From Squalus acanthias (lineage: Eukaryota): a stretch of DNA of 64,000 nucleotides. The notes below the pieces were generated by a model. That model had not been told where the DNA came from. It was given only the letters and a program-made list of their open reading frames with translations, and did not search any database. This document shows positions 12,651 through 26,700 of this stretch, piece after piece (positions within the stretch are counted from its first letter, which is position 1; each line of letters opens with the position of its first letter). Location: contig CM059431.1 of NCBI GenBank assembly GCA_030390025.1, forward strand, positions 130,760,001 through 130,824,000, written 5' to 3'. The position numbers and the translations under genes are program-made.

Positions 12651-13266
12651 TCGGAGCAAGTGGTTTGTGCAGAAGCATTGAAGTCAGGACAAAGTCCTTC
12701 AGCAGGTGCCACACCACCCCCTGTAGACTTTAGCAACTTTTAAGAACTCTAGAAACCACCAAACACTTCTACAAACGCAGCAGCAGCCAGTAGAAATCAA
12801 TCAGCAACTAACCTGTAGGAGGTGATGATCCCTTTAATTGGTCCTGGTCGGGGTTCCTTCCTGCTGCTGAACACGTGTTCAGCTTTTCATGTTTAAGAGA
12901 AGGCGTTAGCTGGAGCGTTGAGCTCCAAAATGGCAGCGCCGGCATCAAATCAGCGTTACACGCTGATTATCATCATGTTCTGCCTACTCTGCATACTTCT
13001 ATCTGCCCGCACTAACGCCCTCGCCAAGATGGCGTCCAAAATGATACTCATAGGGCCGAAACAGCGGGTGCTAAGGAACCAGATTTTGCGGCTATTATCT
13101 TCTCCAGAACCTTCTATCCAATATTAACATCCTGAAAAGAAAACAGAAGATAGAGATGAAGGATAATTCAAATGTTTAATGTATAGTTTATTATTTTTGA
13201 TACAGCAAAACATGTTACTGTCACTTACTGGTTTTTCTCATTTTCAGCAAATTTCCTGTTATAATT

Positions 13267-13744
13267 CAAAAAGGAAAAAAAAAAGAAAGACTTGCGTTTA
13301 TATAGCGCCTTTCATGACCTCAGGACTTCCCAAAGCGCTTTACAGCTAATTAAGTACTTTTGAAGTGTAGTCACTGTTATAATGTAGGAAACGTGGCAGC
13401 TAATTTGCGCTCAGCAAGCTCCCACAAACAGCCAGTGATAATGACCAGATAATCTGTTATCGTTATGTTGATTGAGGGATAAATATTGCCAGGACACCGG
13501 GGATAACTCCCCGGCTCATCTTCCAAAAAGTGCCATGTGATCTTTTACGTCCACCTGAGAGAGCAGACGGGGCCTCGGTTTAACGCCTCATCCGAAAGAC
13601 GGCACCTCCGACAGTGCAGCACTCCCTCAGCACTGCACTGGGAGTGTCAGCCTAGCTTTATGTGCTCAAGTCTCTGGAGTGGGACTTGAACCCACAACCT
13701 TCCGACTCAGAGGCGAGGGTGCTACCCACTGAGCCACAGCTGAC
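13267..13744 (-). mobile_element. Full-length tRNA-derived Deu-domain SINE (SacSINE1/AmnSINE1-like)
   Basis: Head TGGCTCAGTGG...GGTTCAAGTCCC; core GGAGGTGCCGTCTTTCGGATGAG...CAGGTGGACGTAAAAGATC; L2-like tail; ATAATT at both flanks (13261-13266, 13745-13750). Confidence 0.9.
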
Positions 13745-14428
13745 ATAATTATTAAAGTAAATGCTCTTGATGGCTGTGAAGCATTAATTCCATTAATAGG
13801 AACAAAAATTACAATTTTTTGCACGAATATAGCCTCATAAAATGCAGCTTAAGCATTATAAAATATAGAAAAGGTTAATTTTCCATTAGATGAATCAGAC
13901 GATGTCCAAAACAAATAACCCCACAATATACCAAACCATCTGCAGAACTGCTATCACGGAAGCAACATTACAAACCAGTCTGGAACAGATTTAGGCAATT
14001 TTTTCACATGTTCCAGCTGTAACCTTGCACTATGTTGTCATGTAAAATTGTTTCCAAATTATCAAGTACAAATTATGGGATGCTTATTACAGTGAACTGG
14101 ATGATATGTATGGCAACACAATTATATAAGCAATGGCTTATTCAAGCTGAAGATAGTGCAACTTTACCACAGTTATAGTATCCATGAACATACAGCTATG
14201 AAAAAATCTGTCGGGTTCCATATGTAACAATTATTAGAGCAGTCTTATACTAGGGAACAATGGTTGTCTCTCAATCCAGTGCAATGAACGAAATGGAAGC
14301 CCCTCCCTAAAGTCCAACATTCTATGGTATGATATACTCCTTTGTGAACTACTGGCTTCCCATATAAGGCCAAAAGCTTTTGAAAATGCCATGCTCATTC
14401 TGCAACACTGCAGTACTTTGCATCTTTT

Positions 14429-14521
14429 GGCTCACCACCACCTTCTCAAGGGCAACTAGGGATGGGCAATAAATGCTGGCCTTGCCAGCGACACCCACAT
14501 CCCATGAACGAATAAAAAAAA
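14429..14521 (+). mobile_element. 3' end fragment of LINE family B
   Basis: CACCACCACCTTCTCAAGGGCAACTAGGGATGGGCAATAAATGCTGGCC...GAATAAAAAAA, matching the 3' end at 23792-23880. Confidence 0.85.
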
Positions 14522-14983
14522 GTACAAGAAAATACATTCATATTTAATTTGTGTTATAATAGTAACCCCATAGTATTTGCCTGTCGTCCCTAACAAACCC
14601 ACTCCAAACCAAAAATACTCTCTGAGCCCCCTCAAACTGAATTAAAACTAAAACTTTAGAACCATTGTGCCCTTTATTTTAGATATAGCATAATATCAAT
14701 AATGGTTAGTTTGGGGATGACTTGACCTAACACTAGCTGTGAGCCAAATTGATACAGCGCTGCACTGTAAACAAATCCTGGTTCCCCAGTGCCCACTGTT
14801 AAAGGGTCTGTGCTCTGTAAAGTCACTTTTTTTGTGATAATGTCGTTGTGTCACCTCTTGCATGTAATATTATTTCTGATTGTAGTAAAATAACTAGAAA
14901 TGTCCACATTGCAACAAATAGAGTGATTACATAGTGGCGGATTCTTGTCTGGCAGTGAGTAATTTTTGCCCAGAAACAATCAT

Positions 14984-15820
14984 GGGGGTTGAAATTGGTT
15001 TGTGAGATATTAGTAACAAACGCATTAACACATACTTATAAAATGACAATGTCCAAATCTTTATGAAGATGTTATCCCATTACTTATAACATATTGCGTG
15101 ATTTAAACTCCCTGGTGAACAAATGGCGCTCACCATTATTTACGCGTAAATGGTACAGCAACTTCAGGCAAGGTGCAGATGCGCGGTTAAATGTGAATAT
15201 CCAAAAGTTGCTGTCCGAGTTGCGCCACTCCGCCATTAGCTTCACAAAAACGGCATTGCGTTGTCTGGCTCACCATTGGCATGCACTGAATGGCCTGAAG
15301 TTGCTGTATTTGCACAGTAAATACGAACTAAACCCGCCGCAGATATTTAGGGCTAGCGATTACAAGCGTAAGTACCCTTTTAACTATGTGATAAGTATTA
15401 AAGATTGCCAATCAACCTCTCTGGCACCGAAGATTAAATATTATAACTGTGAAGTCTCATTACTTCAGGTTTTGAATTTTTCAGGCAGGTTTTAAAAATG
15501 TCAAATTTTAATTATACCTTTTTATCTTTACCTTTCTGTCTCTTTTTTTCTCTCTCTCTCAATCCAATCTTTCTTTCCCTCTTTATTTCTCTTTCTGTAC
15601 CTAATTTGACATTGAATTCACCTTCCTTCTCAGTCCTTGCTGTGTTTATTTCCCAATCCTTAAATCTCATTTGTTAAAGAGATGCCCTGTTTCCCTAACT
15701 GCACCGTTACCAGCTCACACTTTCAGCAACTTTGTGGGCAAAAATATTTTGAGTTGAAGGGTGCAGGGGCAAGTCTAACTAACTGCGGTTAGATGCCCTT
15801 GCTACAGCAAAATCTTGCCC
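14984..15820. mobile_element. Possible old non-autonomous Harbinger-type element
   Basis: Ends GGGGGTTGAAATTGG and GCAAAATCTTGCCC resemble the other MITE termini; no clean TSD. Confidence 0.35.
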
Positions 15821-16018
15821 TATATTTTTATGGAACCAGTTACAGGTGATATCCCCTTTCAAGATTCTTTGGCCATTGTTCACGGAAAGCATCTAGGTAT
15901 GAGTTACCTTCAAATTTGTTTTGAGTTACAGGGGTTAGTATTTCAGAATAATCTGACATTGGCTCATGGATCTGAAATCACGCATAAGCTGGCTAATATC
16001 CTAAATGAAGTTGATTTT

Positions 16019-17936
16019 AAGAACATAAGAAATAGGAGCAGGAGTAGGCCATTCGGCCCTTCGAGCCTGCTCCGCCATTCAATGAGATCATGGCTGATCT
16101 TCTGCCTCAACTCCATTCACCGGCCCTATCGCCATATCCCTTGATGCCCTTACTAGTCAGAAATCTATCGACTTCTGTTTTGAATATACCCAATGACTGA
16201 GCCTCCACAGCCCTCTGGGGTAGAGAATTCCAAAGATTCACCACCCTGTGTGTGAAGAAATTTCTTCTCATCTCAGTCCTGAATGGCCTACCCTTTATCT
16301 CGAGGCTGTGGCCCCTGGTTCTAGATTCCCCAGCCAAGGGAAACATTCTCCCAGCACCCATCCTATCAAGCCCTGTATTAATTTTGTATGCTTCAATGAG
16401 ATCCCCTCTCATTCTTCTGAATTCAAGAGAATACAGGCCTAGTTTACTCAATCTCTTCTCATACGACAGTCCCGCCATCCCAGGAATCAATCTCGTGAAC
16501 CTTCGTTGCACTCCCTCTATGGCAAGTATATCCTTCCTTAGGTAAGGAGACCAAAATTGTACGCAGTACTCCAGGTGTGGTCTCACCAAGGCCCTATATA
16601 ATTGGAGTAAGACTTCTTTACTCCTGTACTCAAATCCTCTTGTAATGAAGGCCAGCATACCATTTGCCTTCCTAATGGCTTGCTGCACCTGCACATTCAC
16701 TTTCAGTGACTCATGTACAAGGACACCCAGGTCCCTTTGAGCATCTGCATTCCCCAATCTTTCACCATTTAGGAAATACTCTGCCTTTCTGTTTTTTCTA
16801 CCAAAGTGGATAACTTCACATTTATCCACATTATATTCCATCTGCCATGTTCTCGCCCACTCACTGAGCCTGTCGAGATCCCTTTTGAAGCCTCTTCACA
16901 TCCTTTTCGCAACTGACACTGCCACCTAGCTTTGTATCATCAGCAAATTTGGAAATGTTACATTTAGTCCCCTCATCCAAATCATTGATATAGATTGTGA
17001 ATAGCTGGGGCCCAAGCACCGATCCTTGCGGTACCCCACTAGTCACAGCCTGCCATCCTGAAGAAGACCCGTTTATCCCTACTATTTGTTTTCTGTCTGT
17101 TAACCAATTCTCAACCCATACTAGTATATTACCCCCAATTCCATGTGCCCTAATTTTGTTCACCAACCTCTTGTGTGCGACCTTATCGAAGGCCTTCTGA
17201 AAATCCAGATACACCACATCTACCGGTTCCCCTTTGTCTACTCCACTAGTTACATCCTCAAAGAACTCCAATAGGTTTGTCAAACAGGATTTCCATTTCA
17301 TAAATCCATGTTGACTCTGCCCAATCTTACTATTAGTTTCTAAGTGCCCAGTTATTGCATCCTTTATAATAGATTCCAGCATTTTCCCAACTACTGATGT
17401 GAGGCTAACAGGTCTGTAGTTCCCCGTTTTCTCTCTCCCTCCTTTCTTAAATAGCGGGGTTACATTTGCTATCCTCCAATCTGCAGGAACCATTCCAGAA
17501 TCTATAGAATTTTGGAAGATGACAACCAATGCATCCACTATTCCAATGGCCACCTCTTTCAAAACCCTAGGATGTAGGTCATCCGATCCTTGGGATTTAT
17601 CGACTTTTAGTCCCATTAATTTTGCTAGTACTGTTTTTTTACTAATTATAATTTCTTTAAGTTCCTCATTCTCGTCACACCCTTGGTTTTCTCGTATTTC
17701 TGGGAGGTTTTTTGTGTCTTCCTCCTTGATGACTGAAACAAAGTATTTATTTAATTTCTCAGCCATTTCCTCATTCCCCATTATAAATTCTCCCATCTCT
17801 GACTGTAAAGGACCTACATTTACCTTCGCCAGTCTTTTCCTTTTCACATACCTATAGAAGCTTTTACAATCTGTTTTTATATTTTTCGCTAGTTTGTGCT
17901 CATATTCCATTTTCCCTTTCTTTATCAATTTCTTGA
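16019..17936 (-). mobile_element. 5'-truncated CR1 LINE
   Basis: RT ORFs 16861-17928 and 16107-16841 separated by one frameshift; tail TTCTTATGTTCTT. Confidence 0.95.
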
Positions 17937-18007
17937 TAAATCATAGATTTTCCAAGAGGCCAAACAATAAGCAATTTAGTGGCTTGACTCCATAATAAAT
18001 AAACACT

Positions 18008-18430
18008 TTGGAGTACAGAAGCTTAACAGGAGATTTGATACAGGTGTTTAAAATTGTGAAGGATTTAGATAGAGTAAATAAAGAGAAGCTGTTTCCAATG
18101 GTTGAAGGGCCGATAACGAGAGGGCACAGATTTAAGCGGATTGGCAAAAGAACCAGAGGCGACATGAGGAAAATCTTTTTTACTCAATAAGTGGTTAGGA
18201 TTTGAAATGCACTGCCTGATAGGGTGGTGGATACAGATTCAATAGTAGCCTTCAAAAAAGAATTGGATAAATACTTGAAGGAGAAAAAATTGCAGGGATA
18301 TGGGGAAAGAGCGGAGGAGTGGGACTAACTGGATTGCTCGTCGAAAGAACTGATGCAGACTCAATGGGCTGAATGGCCTCCTTCTGTGCTGTACTATTCT
18401 ATGATTCTGTGATACTACTATTCTGTGATT
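18008..18430 (+). mobile_element. CR1 3' fragment
   Basis: GDLIQVFKI...TRGHRFK; GGGCTGAATGGCC; ATTCTATG-type tail. Confidence 0.85.
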
Positions 18431-18721
18431 TGCACTCATTGTGTTGGGAGGGTTTTGATCACTTCCTGACTGAATAAACAGAAATAAAGTTGAATGCAGA
18501 CACCGTGGAATCTGTTTTTTGGCAGTAGGGCTGCACAGATGGTCAGACAGCAAAAGGCTGCAAAGGGAGACTGGTTCTGCCCCAGGACCGTGGCACAGAA
18601 TTTCTGTATAATTTAAATAAGATGATACACCAAAATGGTACAATTTCACAAGTTCTTTCTTGTTTCATTTCATGAATATAAATTGTACCAATTCAATGAA
18701 GCAACTGGGAATCATATCTGC

Positions 18722-20205
18722 AATAAAAACAGGAAATGCTGGAAATACTCAGAAGGTTAGGCAGCATCTGTGGAGAGAGAAACAGAGTTAACGTTTCAGG
18801 CCGATAACCTTTCGTCACAACTGGAAAAAGTTAGCGATGTAACAGATTTTAAGCAAATGCAGGGGCAGGGAAATGGGGGCTGGAGGGGAGGAAGGAAAGA
18901 ACAAAAGGGGAAGGTCTGTGCTAGGATGGAAGGCAGAAGTGATTAAATGACAAAAGGGATGATGGTGCAAAGCAAAAGGGGTACAAGTGGGACAAGTTAC
19001 GAAACAAATGATGGGTCTAGATAAGATGTAAATGGCACCAGCAGAATCATTCCCAGCACCTGCTGTCTGAAGAAATGGGAACAGTGGTTATGATCTGAAA
19101 TTGTTGAACTCAATATTGAGTCTGGAAAGTTGTAAAGTAGCTAATTGAAAAATGAGGTGCCGTTGAGCTTCATTGGAACAGTGTATGAGGCTGAAGACAG
19201 AGAGATCAGAGTAAGAGTGGGACGAAGCATTAAAATGGAAAGCGACCGGAAGCTTAGGGTCACGCTTGCAGACTGAACGGAGGTATTCAGCAAAACGATC
19301 ACCCAGTTTCCTCTTTCCATTGTCCAGAGGAGACCGCATCATGATCAGTGAAAGAAGTACAAGTAAATCGCTGTTTCACGTGGAAGGAATGTTTGTGGCC
19401 CTGGATGGTGGGAAGTGAGGAGGTGAAAGGACAGGTGTTGCATCTCCTGCGCAAGCACTGGAAGGTGCTGTGAGAAGGGGAGTCAGTGTTGGGGCTGATT
19501 GAAGAGTGTATCAGGGTGTCACAGAGCGAAGGGTCCCTTCGGAATGCTGAGAGGGGAGGGCAAAATGTGTTTGGTGGTAGCATCACGCTGGAGATGGCAG
19601 AGGATGATCCATTGAATGTGGAGGCTGGGGGGGTGGAAGATGAGGACAAGGGGAACTCTATCGTGATTCTGGGAGGGAGGGGAAGGGGTGAGGGCAGAAG
19701 TGCCGGAAATGAGACGGACACGGTCAAGGGCCCTGTCAACCATTGTGATGAGGAATCCTCGGCTGAGGAAAAAGGAAGATATGTAACGTATGCACTGATG
19801 TGCAAGGTGGCATCGCCCGAACAGATGCAACAGAGATGGAGAAACTGGGAGAATTAAATAGAGTCCTTACAGGAAGTGGAGTGGGAGGAAATGTAACCAA
19901 AGTAGCTGTGGGAGTCGGTAGGCTTATAGTAGATTGGTCGACTACCTATCCCCAGAAATGAAGATAGAAAAGTCGAGGAAGGGAAGAATCAGAGATTGAC
20001 CATGTGTAGGCAAGGGAGGAGTTGAAATTGGAAGCAAAGTTGATGCAATTTTCTAGTTTGGGCGAGAGCAGGAAGCGGAACCAATACAGTCATCAATGTA
20101 TCGGAAAAAGAAGTGAGAGAGGGGACCCGATTAGGAATGGAACCCACATCCCATGAAAAGTCAGGCATAGTTGGGACCCATACGGGTTCCCATAGTGCCA
20201 TATCT
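18722..20205 (-). mobile_element. Penelope-like retroelement, 5'-truncated (RT + GIY-YIG-like endonuclease + 3' terminal repeat)
   Basis: Minus strand reads GTMGTRMGPNYA (~20160-20200) and FFRYIDDCIG (~20080-20110); C-terminal RKLGDRFAEYLRSV...PVAFHFN; terminal segment homologous to 60315-60450. Confidence 0.9.
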
Positions 20206-21369
20206 GTTACTCTGTGCATTTAACCTTACTGTGGAATAAAGCAGCTTGCAATTCAAACCAAACGTTGCCTTATCGAATGTTAGCTTGGCCCATCTTTTGG
20301 ACAGATTGAAGGAGCACATGTTTGTAAGACATGGAGATCACATCCAGATCACAAGGGAGTTTCATTGTTACACTTCAGGTCCCACTACTGTAAACTTCCA
20401 TTACCATACAACTAGATATAGGACAATGGGAGCTAACTCTCGTAAAATTAAGGTGCTCAGACTGCTTCTGAGATCAACTGATGTTACTGAAATTGAGAAG
20501 GTATCTACAGCAGACCTGAATTTGTAACTGGTGATTTTGTTCAGATTGTCCACCAATTATCAGGAACTACAAATAAGAATCCATCTTTCTGCGAATGTGC
20601 ACGAGCTACCAGTAATTCTGTCATCATGTTAAGAACACATAGGTCTGGAAATAGTGGGAAAATGGGTCAATAAGGCCTATCGTCACCTTCCAGCCTGACC
20701 TTAATTTTCCTCCTGTCACTGGAACAGCTGCCAACCTCACCTTTCCTGCCTGTCACATGTAAATGATGGTGGAGAGGTGGGGCCCAGCAAGTCACCAATG
20801 CCTTCCACTAAGGAACTGCCAGGAGGAGGTAGTGGTCGTACATGGGGAGCAACAGGATGTCCCTTTTGGTGGGACAAGACCAAATCATGGGCACCTCTGC
20901 CTCCCCAAAAGTTTAGTCTGAAGTTTAACATTAAAAATGTCCTTTGACCTTTGGGGCTGCTTCTTTGGGTGGCCTAAGTTTTCATGAACAGTAGAGGTGG
21001 GCTACCATTTGTTAGTGGGAATTTGCACTGGGAGCTGGCCATTTACATAGAGAATAGGCCAGAGGTCATGGCGGAGTTGAGGCAATAGGCAGAAGGCCTG
21101 CTCCAACCCTCCTGGAGTGCGAAAAACAAAATCCAAGTCATTGTTTGTGTACAGCTTTGGAATGGCTGCTGTCTAAGTCAATTTCTTAATGAAATATATT
21201 AAATCTAGTGGATTAATGTGGAAAGGAGTTTCATTACACGCATGTTCATGAGTTTAATGTTGAAAGATTTGTCGCCAGCTGTTGATTATTGTGGAATGTC
21301 CTGACATCTTGTACATCATCAAGCCAGTAAACCTAGTAACTATTTCAAATCAAATCTGTTAGCTTAGAA

Positions 21370-21780
21370 TAGCAGCTATATTTTTTCCTGCCAGGTTATC
21401 TTTCCTCGCTTCCTCTCCTGAGGGCATTGACTCCTTCCTGGTATGTGGTTCCACATTTCTTCACTGAAGTTACCAATGTTCATGTGTAAGCCTTAATAGT
21501 GAGTATTGGCAGGCTATTTGACTGCAGAAGTAATACAGCTGTGCTTGATTCTATTCTCACCCATCATCCATGTACACACCCAGACTTCCAGCAGGAAATT
21601 GGGAACCCTAGGTGACTTTCCTGTTCCTCAATCAAGGTTGCTGAGATCAGTGTCCAGCCCCCATACTGCCCTGGCTGATTTTAACTAACTCAGCATGGAT
21701 CCGGGAATGAATCTGGGAACTTCCTGGTCTGTATGGCTCAATTATACAGACAATAAATTCGCCAAGCCACTGAGGAAGTA
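21370..21780 (-). mobile_element. Possible degraded tRNA-derived SINE
   Basis: Minus strand CTCAGTGG near 21775 and B-box-like AGATTCATTCCCGG near 21702-21715; otherwise unresolved. Confidence 0.3.
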
Positions 21781-22059
21781 GCAACTAATTTTCAGGATTT
21801 GCCATCACCATGTAAATACAAGCAGAGAATTTTTGTTCAGCAAATTCTATTGAATTAATTCTTCAAGTTCACCAATCTATGTTGATGACACTATTTTACT
21901 AGCACGTTTCATAATCAAGCCCTCTGATTTTAGGATTAAACTCAATGATTACCACCCGAAAGAAGAATTCCAAAACTAAGTTTAACACTAATAAAACCCA
22001 GAAATGTCAATGTCAGCCTATGGAATTCTGTTGTAATGATACATACGTGCAACTATCTT

Positions 22060-23046
22060 TTCAAATCCCTTCACTCCAGTTTCTTCCCCGATTACAGCAA
22101 AAAGACTGCTCTCACCAAAGTCACCAAAATATCCTCTATGACTTCTACCATGGCACATTAACACTTCTTGTCCTGCTTGACCTCTCCACGCCATTCAATA
22201 CAATCGATCACACTATTCACCGTCTCTGCTTTCTCTTATTTCGAGCTGCTCTTGCGTAGTTCCACTCATATCTGTCTCATTGCAGGCAGCACATCTACAG
22301 CAATGGCTTCTCCTCCAATTCATCCACAATTGCCTCTAGACTTCCTCAAGAATCCATCCTTGGTTACTTCTTCTTCCTTACCTATTACTATTTGGTGATA
22401 TCATCCATAGCTTCCACATATATGCTGCTGACATACAGCTCTACCCCTCCACCACATCCTCAACTCCACAACCACTTCTATGCTGTCAAACTGCGTGTTC
22501 GACATGAAAAGTAATGGATTCACCACTAGATTCAATTTCTGTAATGCCATCCTTGATGGTTTCCTGTCCTCCACTCTTCATAAACTCCAAACAATCTGAA
22601 GCTCTGCCACCCGAATCCTATCCACATTAATCCCCATTCACCTATTATACCCCTACTTGTTGACCTACACCAGCTGCCTATTCCCCAATTGATTCGATTT
22701 AAAATCCTTATACTCATCTATAAATATCACCTTGTTTCACCTCACCCTTCTGCAACTTTCTGCAACCTTGAATCCCTCCAGTCTCTGACTTTGGTCTCCT
22801 ATGCATCCACCCTTCCCTTTGCTCCACCTTCAGTGTTGGAGTCTTCAGCTTCCTCTTTGGCATTCCCTCCTTAATCCCCTCCACTTCTCTATCTCCCTCC
22901 TTACCTTTTAAAAGCCTTCTCAAATCATTCTTCTTTGACCAAATCTACTCACCCCTAGGCAAAGACTTAATGCTGACTCATTTTCTCCTCGGTGAAGCAT
23001 CATGGGATGTACTTTAAAGACACTATGGAAATGCAAGCTGATGTTC
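22060..23046 (+). mobile_element. Highly degraded L2 LINE
   Basis: LLVLLDLSTPFNTIDH, HIYAADIQLY, RFKILILIYK; tail GACACTATGGAAATGCAAGCTG. Confidence 0.75.
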
Positions 23047-23093
23047 TTAAGTATTTGTTCCTAATGTTGCACAGTTCAATTTCAAGACACCAA

Positions 23094-23790
23094 GGGCTGG
23101 ATTTTGTGGGGGGTCAGCAGGACTAATCGGTGGCGGGTTGGGTGGGAAAGTGCTTTTTTTTCCCCAGCAGGTTGGGACCCCGCTGTGAATCTGCCGCCAC
23201 ACGCCTTTACCAAATGTCAGATCTGTCAGCGCTACGCAGACCTGACATGCAGCAGCGGGGGAGGCAATTAAAATCATTAGTGGCTTGTTTACAGCCACTT
23301 CTCAATGGTCTTTTTTCTAGCTTTTTGGATTTGACAGGTCGCCCACTAGTTTCCCGCTGTGCCTCGACCTCATCTGTGAAGCTGAGGCGGGAGGTTTCTG
23401 GTCATTGAATCAGCTGATGAGTTGACAGCTGCAAATGTCAAGTCAAAGCTCCCAGCTGATTGAGATATGTTCCATTAACCACTAGCTTCTCTAAACTGCA
23501 TTTCCACTACAGATTCAGGATGCTGCAAGTCTTTACACAAGTCTCCATCCAGTCTGACCTCATTAACTCTCCCACCATTGACAGATCGCTTCTGTCATCT
23601 CTACTTCACCTGTCATTTATTCCATCAGCATGGGTGTCCTTTATGCTCTCTCACCTTGGTCCACAGAATCCCACCATGATCAGCCCCAACGCCAGCAGCA
23701 CCAGGCACACCAGCAGCCCCAACAGCAACACAAAACTTCTCCGCAATCAACTGATGCTGCACAGGACACAGGGCATCAGCACCCGACCAC
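23094..23790 (+). mobile_element. Nuclease-side part of Harbinger family 2 element, truncated at LINE B
   Basis: Starts GGGCTGGATTTTG; 23540-23790 is clearly homologous to 51480-51737. Confidence 0.8.
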
Positions 23791-23791
23791 A

Positions 23792-26700
23792 TTTTTTTAT
23801 TCGTTTATGGGATGTGGGCATCACTGGCAAGGCCAGCATTTATTGCCCATCCCTAATTGCCCTTGAGAAGGTGGTGGTGAGCCGCCTTCTTGAACCGCTG
23901 CAGTCCGTGTGGTGAAGGTACTCCCACAGTGCTGTTAGGGAGGGAGTTCCAGGATTTTGACCAGGCGATGATGAAGAATCGGCAATATACTTCTAAGTCA
24001 GAATGGTGTGTGACTTGGAGAGGAACTTGGAGGTGGTGGTGTTCCCATGTGCCTGCTGCCCTTGTCCTTCTAGGTGGAAGAGGTCGCGGGTTTGGGAGGT
24101 GCTGCCGAAGAAGCCTTGGCGAGTTGCTGCAGTGCATCTTGTAGATGGTACACTCTGCAGCCACGGTACGCCAGTGGTGGAGGCACTGAATGTTTAAGGT
24201 GGTCAATGGGGTGCCAATCAAGCGGGCTGCTTTGTCCTGTATGGTGTCGAGCTTGTTGAGTGTTGTTGGAGCTGCACTCATCCAAGCAAGTGGAGAGTAT
24301 TTCATCACACTCCTTACTTGTGCCTTGTAGATGGTAGAAAGGCTTTGGAGAGTCAGGAGGTGAGACACTCGCCGCAGAATACCTAGCCTCTGACCTGCTC
24401 TTGTTGCCACAGTATTTATGTGGCTGGTCCAGTTAATTTTCTTGTCAATGGTGACCCCCAGGATGTTGATGGTGGGGGATTCAGCGATGGTAATGCCATT
24501 GAATGTCAAGGGGCGGTGGTTAGACTCTCGCTTGTTGGAGATAGTCATTGCCTGGCACTTCTGTGGCGCAAATGTTACCTGCCACTTATCAGCCCAAGCC
24601 TAAACATCGTCCAGGTCTTGTTGCATGCAGGCATGGACTCCTTCATTATCTGAGGAGTTGTGAATGGCGCTGAACACTGTGCAGTCATCAGCGAACATCC
24701 CCATTTCTGACCTTATGTTGGAGGGAAGGTCATTGATGAAGCAGCTGAAGATAGTTGTGCCTAGGACACTGCCCTGAGGAACTCCTGCAGAGATGTCCTG
24801 GGGCTGTGATGATTGACCTTCAATCACCACAACCATCTTCCTTTGTGCTAGGTATGACTCCAGCCAGTGGAGAGTTTCCCCCCCGATTCCCATTGACTTC
24901 AGTTTTACTAGGGCTCCTTGATGCCACACTCGGTCAAATGCTGCCTTGATGTCAAGGGCAGTCACTCTCACTTCACCTCTGGAATTCAGCTCCTTTGTCC
25001 ATGTTTGGACCAAGGCTGTAATGAGGTTGGGTGCAGAGTCGTCTTGGCCGAATGGGCATCAGTGAGCAGGTTATTGGTGAGTAAGTGCCGCTTGATAGCA
25101 CTGTCAATGACACTTTCCATTACTTTGCTGATGATTGAGAGTAGACTGATGGGGCGGTAATTGGCCAGATTGGATTTTTCCTTCTTTTTGTGGACAGGAC
25201 ATACCTGGGCAGTTTTCTACATTGTCGGATAGATGCCAGTGTTGTAGCTGCACTGGAACAGCTTGGCTAGAGGCATGGCTAGTTCTGGAGCACAAGTCTT
25301 CAGCATGATAGCCGGGATGTTGTCAGGGCCCATAGCCTTTGCTGTATCCAGTGCACTCAGCCGTTTCTTGATATCATGTGGAGTGAATCGAATTGGCTGA
25401 AGACTGGCTTCTGTGATGGTGTGGACCTCAGGAGGAGGCCGATATGGATCATCCACTTGGCACTTCTGGTTGAAGATGGTTGCAAACGCTTCAGCCTTGT
25501 CTTTTGCACTCGCGTGCTGGGCTTCACCATCATTGAGGATGGGGATATTCATGGAGCCTCCTCCTCCTGTTAGTTGTTTAATGGTACACCACCATTCACG
25601 ACTGGATGTGGCAGGACTGCAGAGCTTTGATCTGATCCGTTGATTGTGGGATCGCTTAGCCCTGTCTATAGCATGCTGCTTCCGCTTTTTAGCATGCATG
25701 TAGTACTGTGTTGCAGCTTCCCCAGGTTGGCACCTCATTTTTAGGTATGCCTGGTGCTGCTCCTGGCATGCTCTTCTACACTCCTTATTGAACCATGGTT
25801 GCTCCCCTGGCTTGATGGTAATGTTAGAGGAGGGATATACCAGGCCATGAGGTTACAGATTGTGGTGGAATACAATTCTGCTGCTGCTGATGGCCCACAG
25901 CGCCTCATGGATGCCCAGTTTTGAGCTGCTAGATCTGTTCTGAATCTATCCCATTTAGCACGGTGGTAGTGGCACACAACACGATGGAGGGTATCCTCAG
26001 TGTGAAGACAGGACTTCGTCTCCACAATGACTGTGCGGTGGTTACTGCTACCAATACTGTCATGGACAGATGCATCTGCGACAAGTAGATTGGTGAGGAT
26101 GAGGTCAAGTAGGTTTTTCCCTCGTGTTAGTTTTCTCACCACCTGTCACAGAATCACAGAATCCCCACAATGCAGATGGAGGCCATTTCGGCCCATCGAG
26201 CTGCACCGACACATATCCCACCCTATCCCCGTAACCCCACGTATTTAATCCCCCTAATACTAAGGGTCAATTTTATCATAGCCAAAGCAACCTAACCCGC
26301 ACATCTTTGGACTGTGGGAGGAAACCACAGGCCCAGACTGGCAGGTATGTCCTTCAGGACTCAGCCAGCTCGGTCAGTAGTAGTGCTACCGAGCCACTCT
26401 CGGCGATGGACATTGAAATCCCCCACCCAGAATACATTCTGTGCCCTTGCTACTCTCAGTGCTTCTTCCAAGTGGTGTTCAACTTGGCGGAGTACTGTTT
26501 CATCAGCTGAGGGAGGGCGGTAGGTGGTAATTAGCAGGAAGTTTCCTTGCCCATGCTTTATCTGAAGCCATGAGACCTCATGGTGTCCAGAGTCAATGTT
26601 GAGGACTCCTAGGGCCACTCCTTCCCGACTGTATAGCCACCCCTGGTGGGTCTGTCCTGCTGGTGGGACAGGACATACCCAGGGATGGTGATGGAGGAGT

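Larger units (their letters stand above)
9772..13103. mobile_element. Decayed PIF/Harbinger transposon with convergent Myb/SANT and nuclease genes
   Basis: Left end GGGGGAAAAATTCAATAGC, degraded inverse GCTATTATCTTCTCC near 13091-13103; the two gene remnants face each other. Right end approximate. Confidence 0.85.

Noticed and set aside
13660..13744. tRNA gene (also 27150-27212, 27530-27598, 30746-30810, 33729-33780)
   Set aside because: A/B boxes run straight into SINE or LINE bodies; no complete cloverleaf is evident.
23630..23866. Poly-Q/H protein gene (also 51576-51818)
   Set aside because: Lies within repeated Harbinger family 2 sequence and is truncated.
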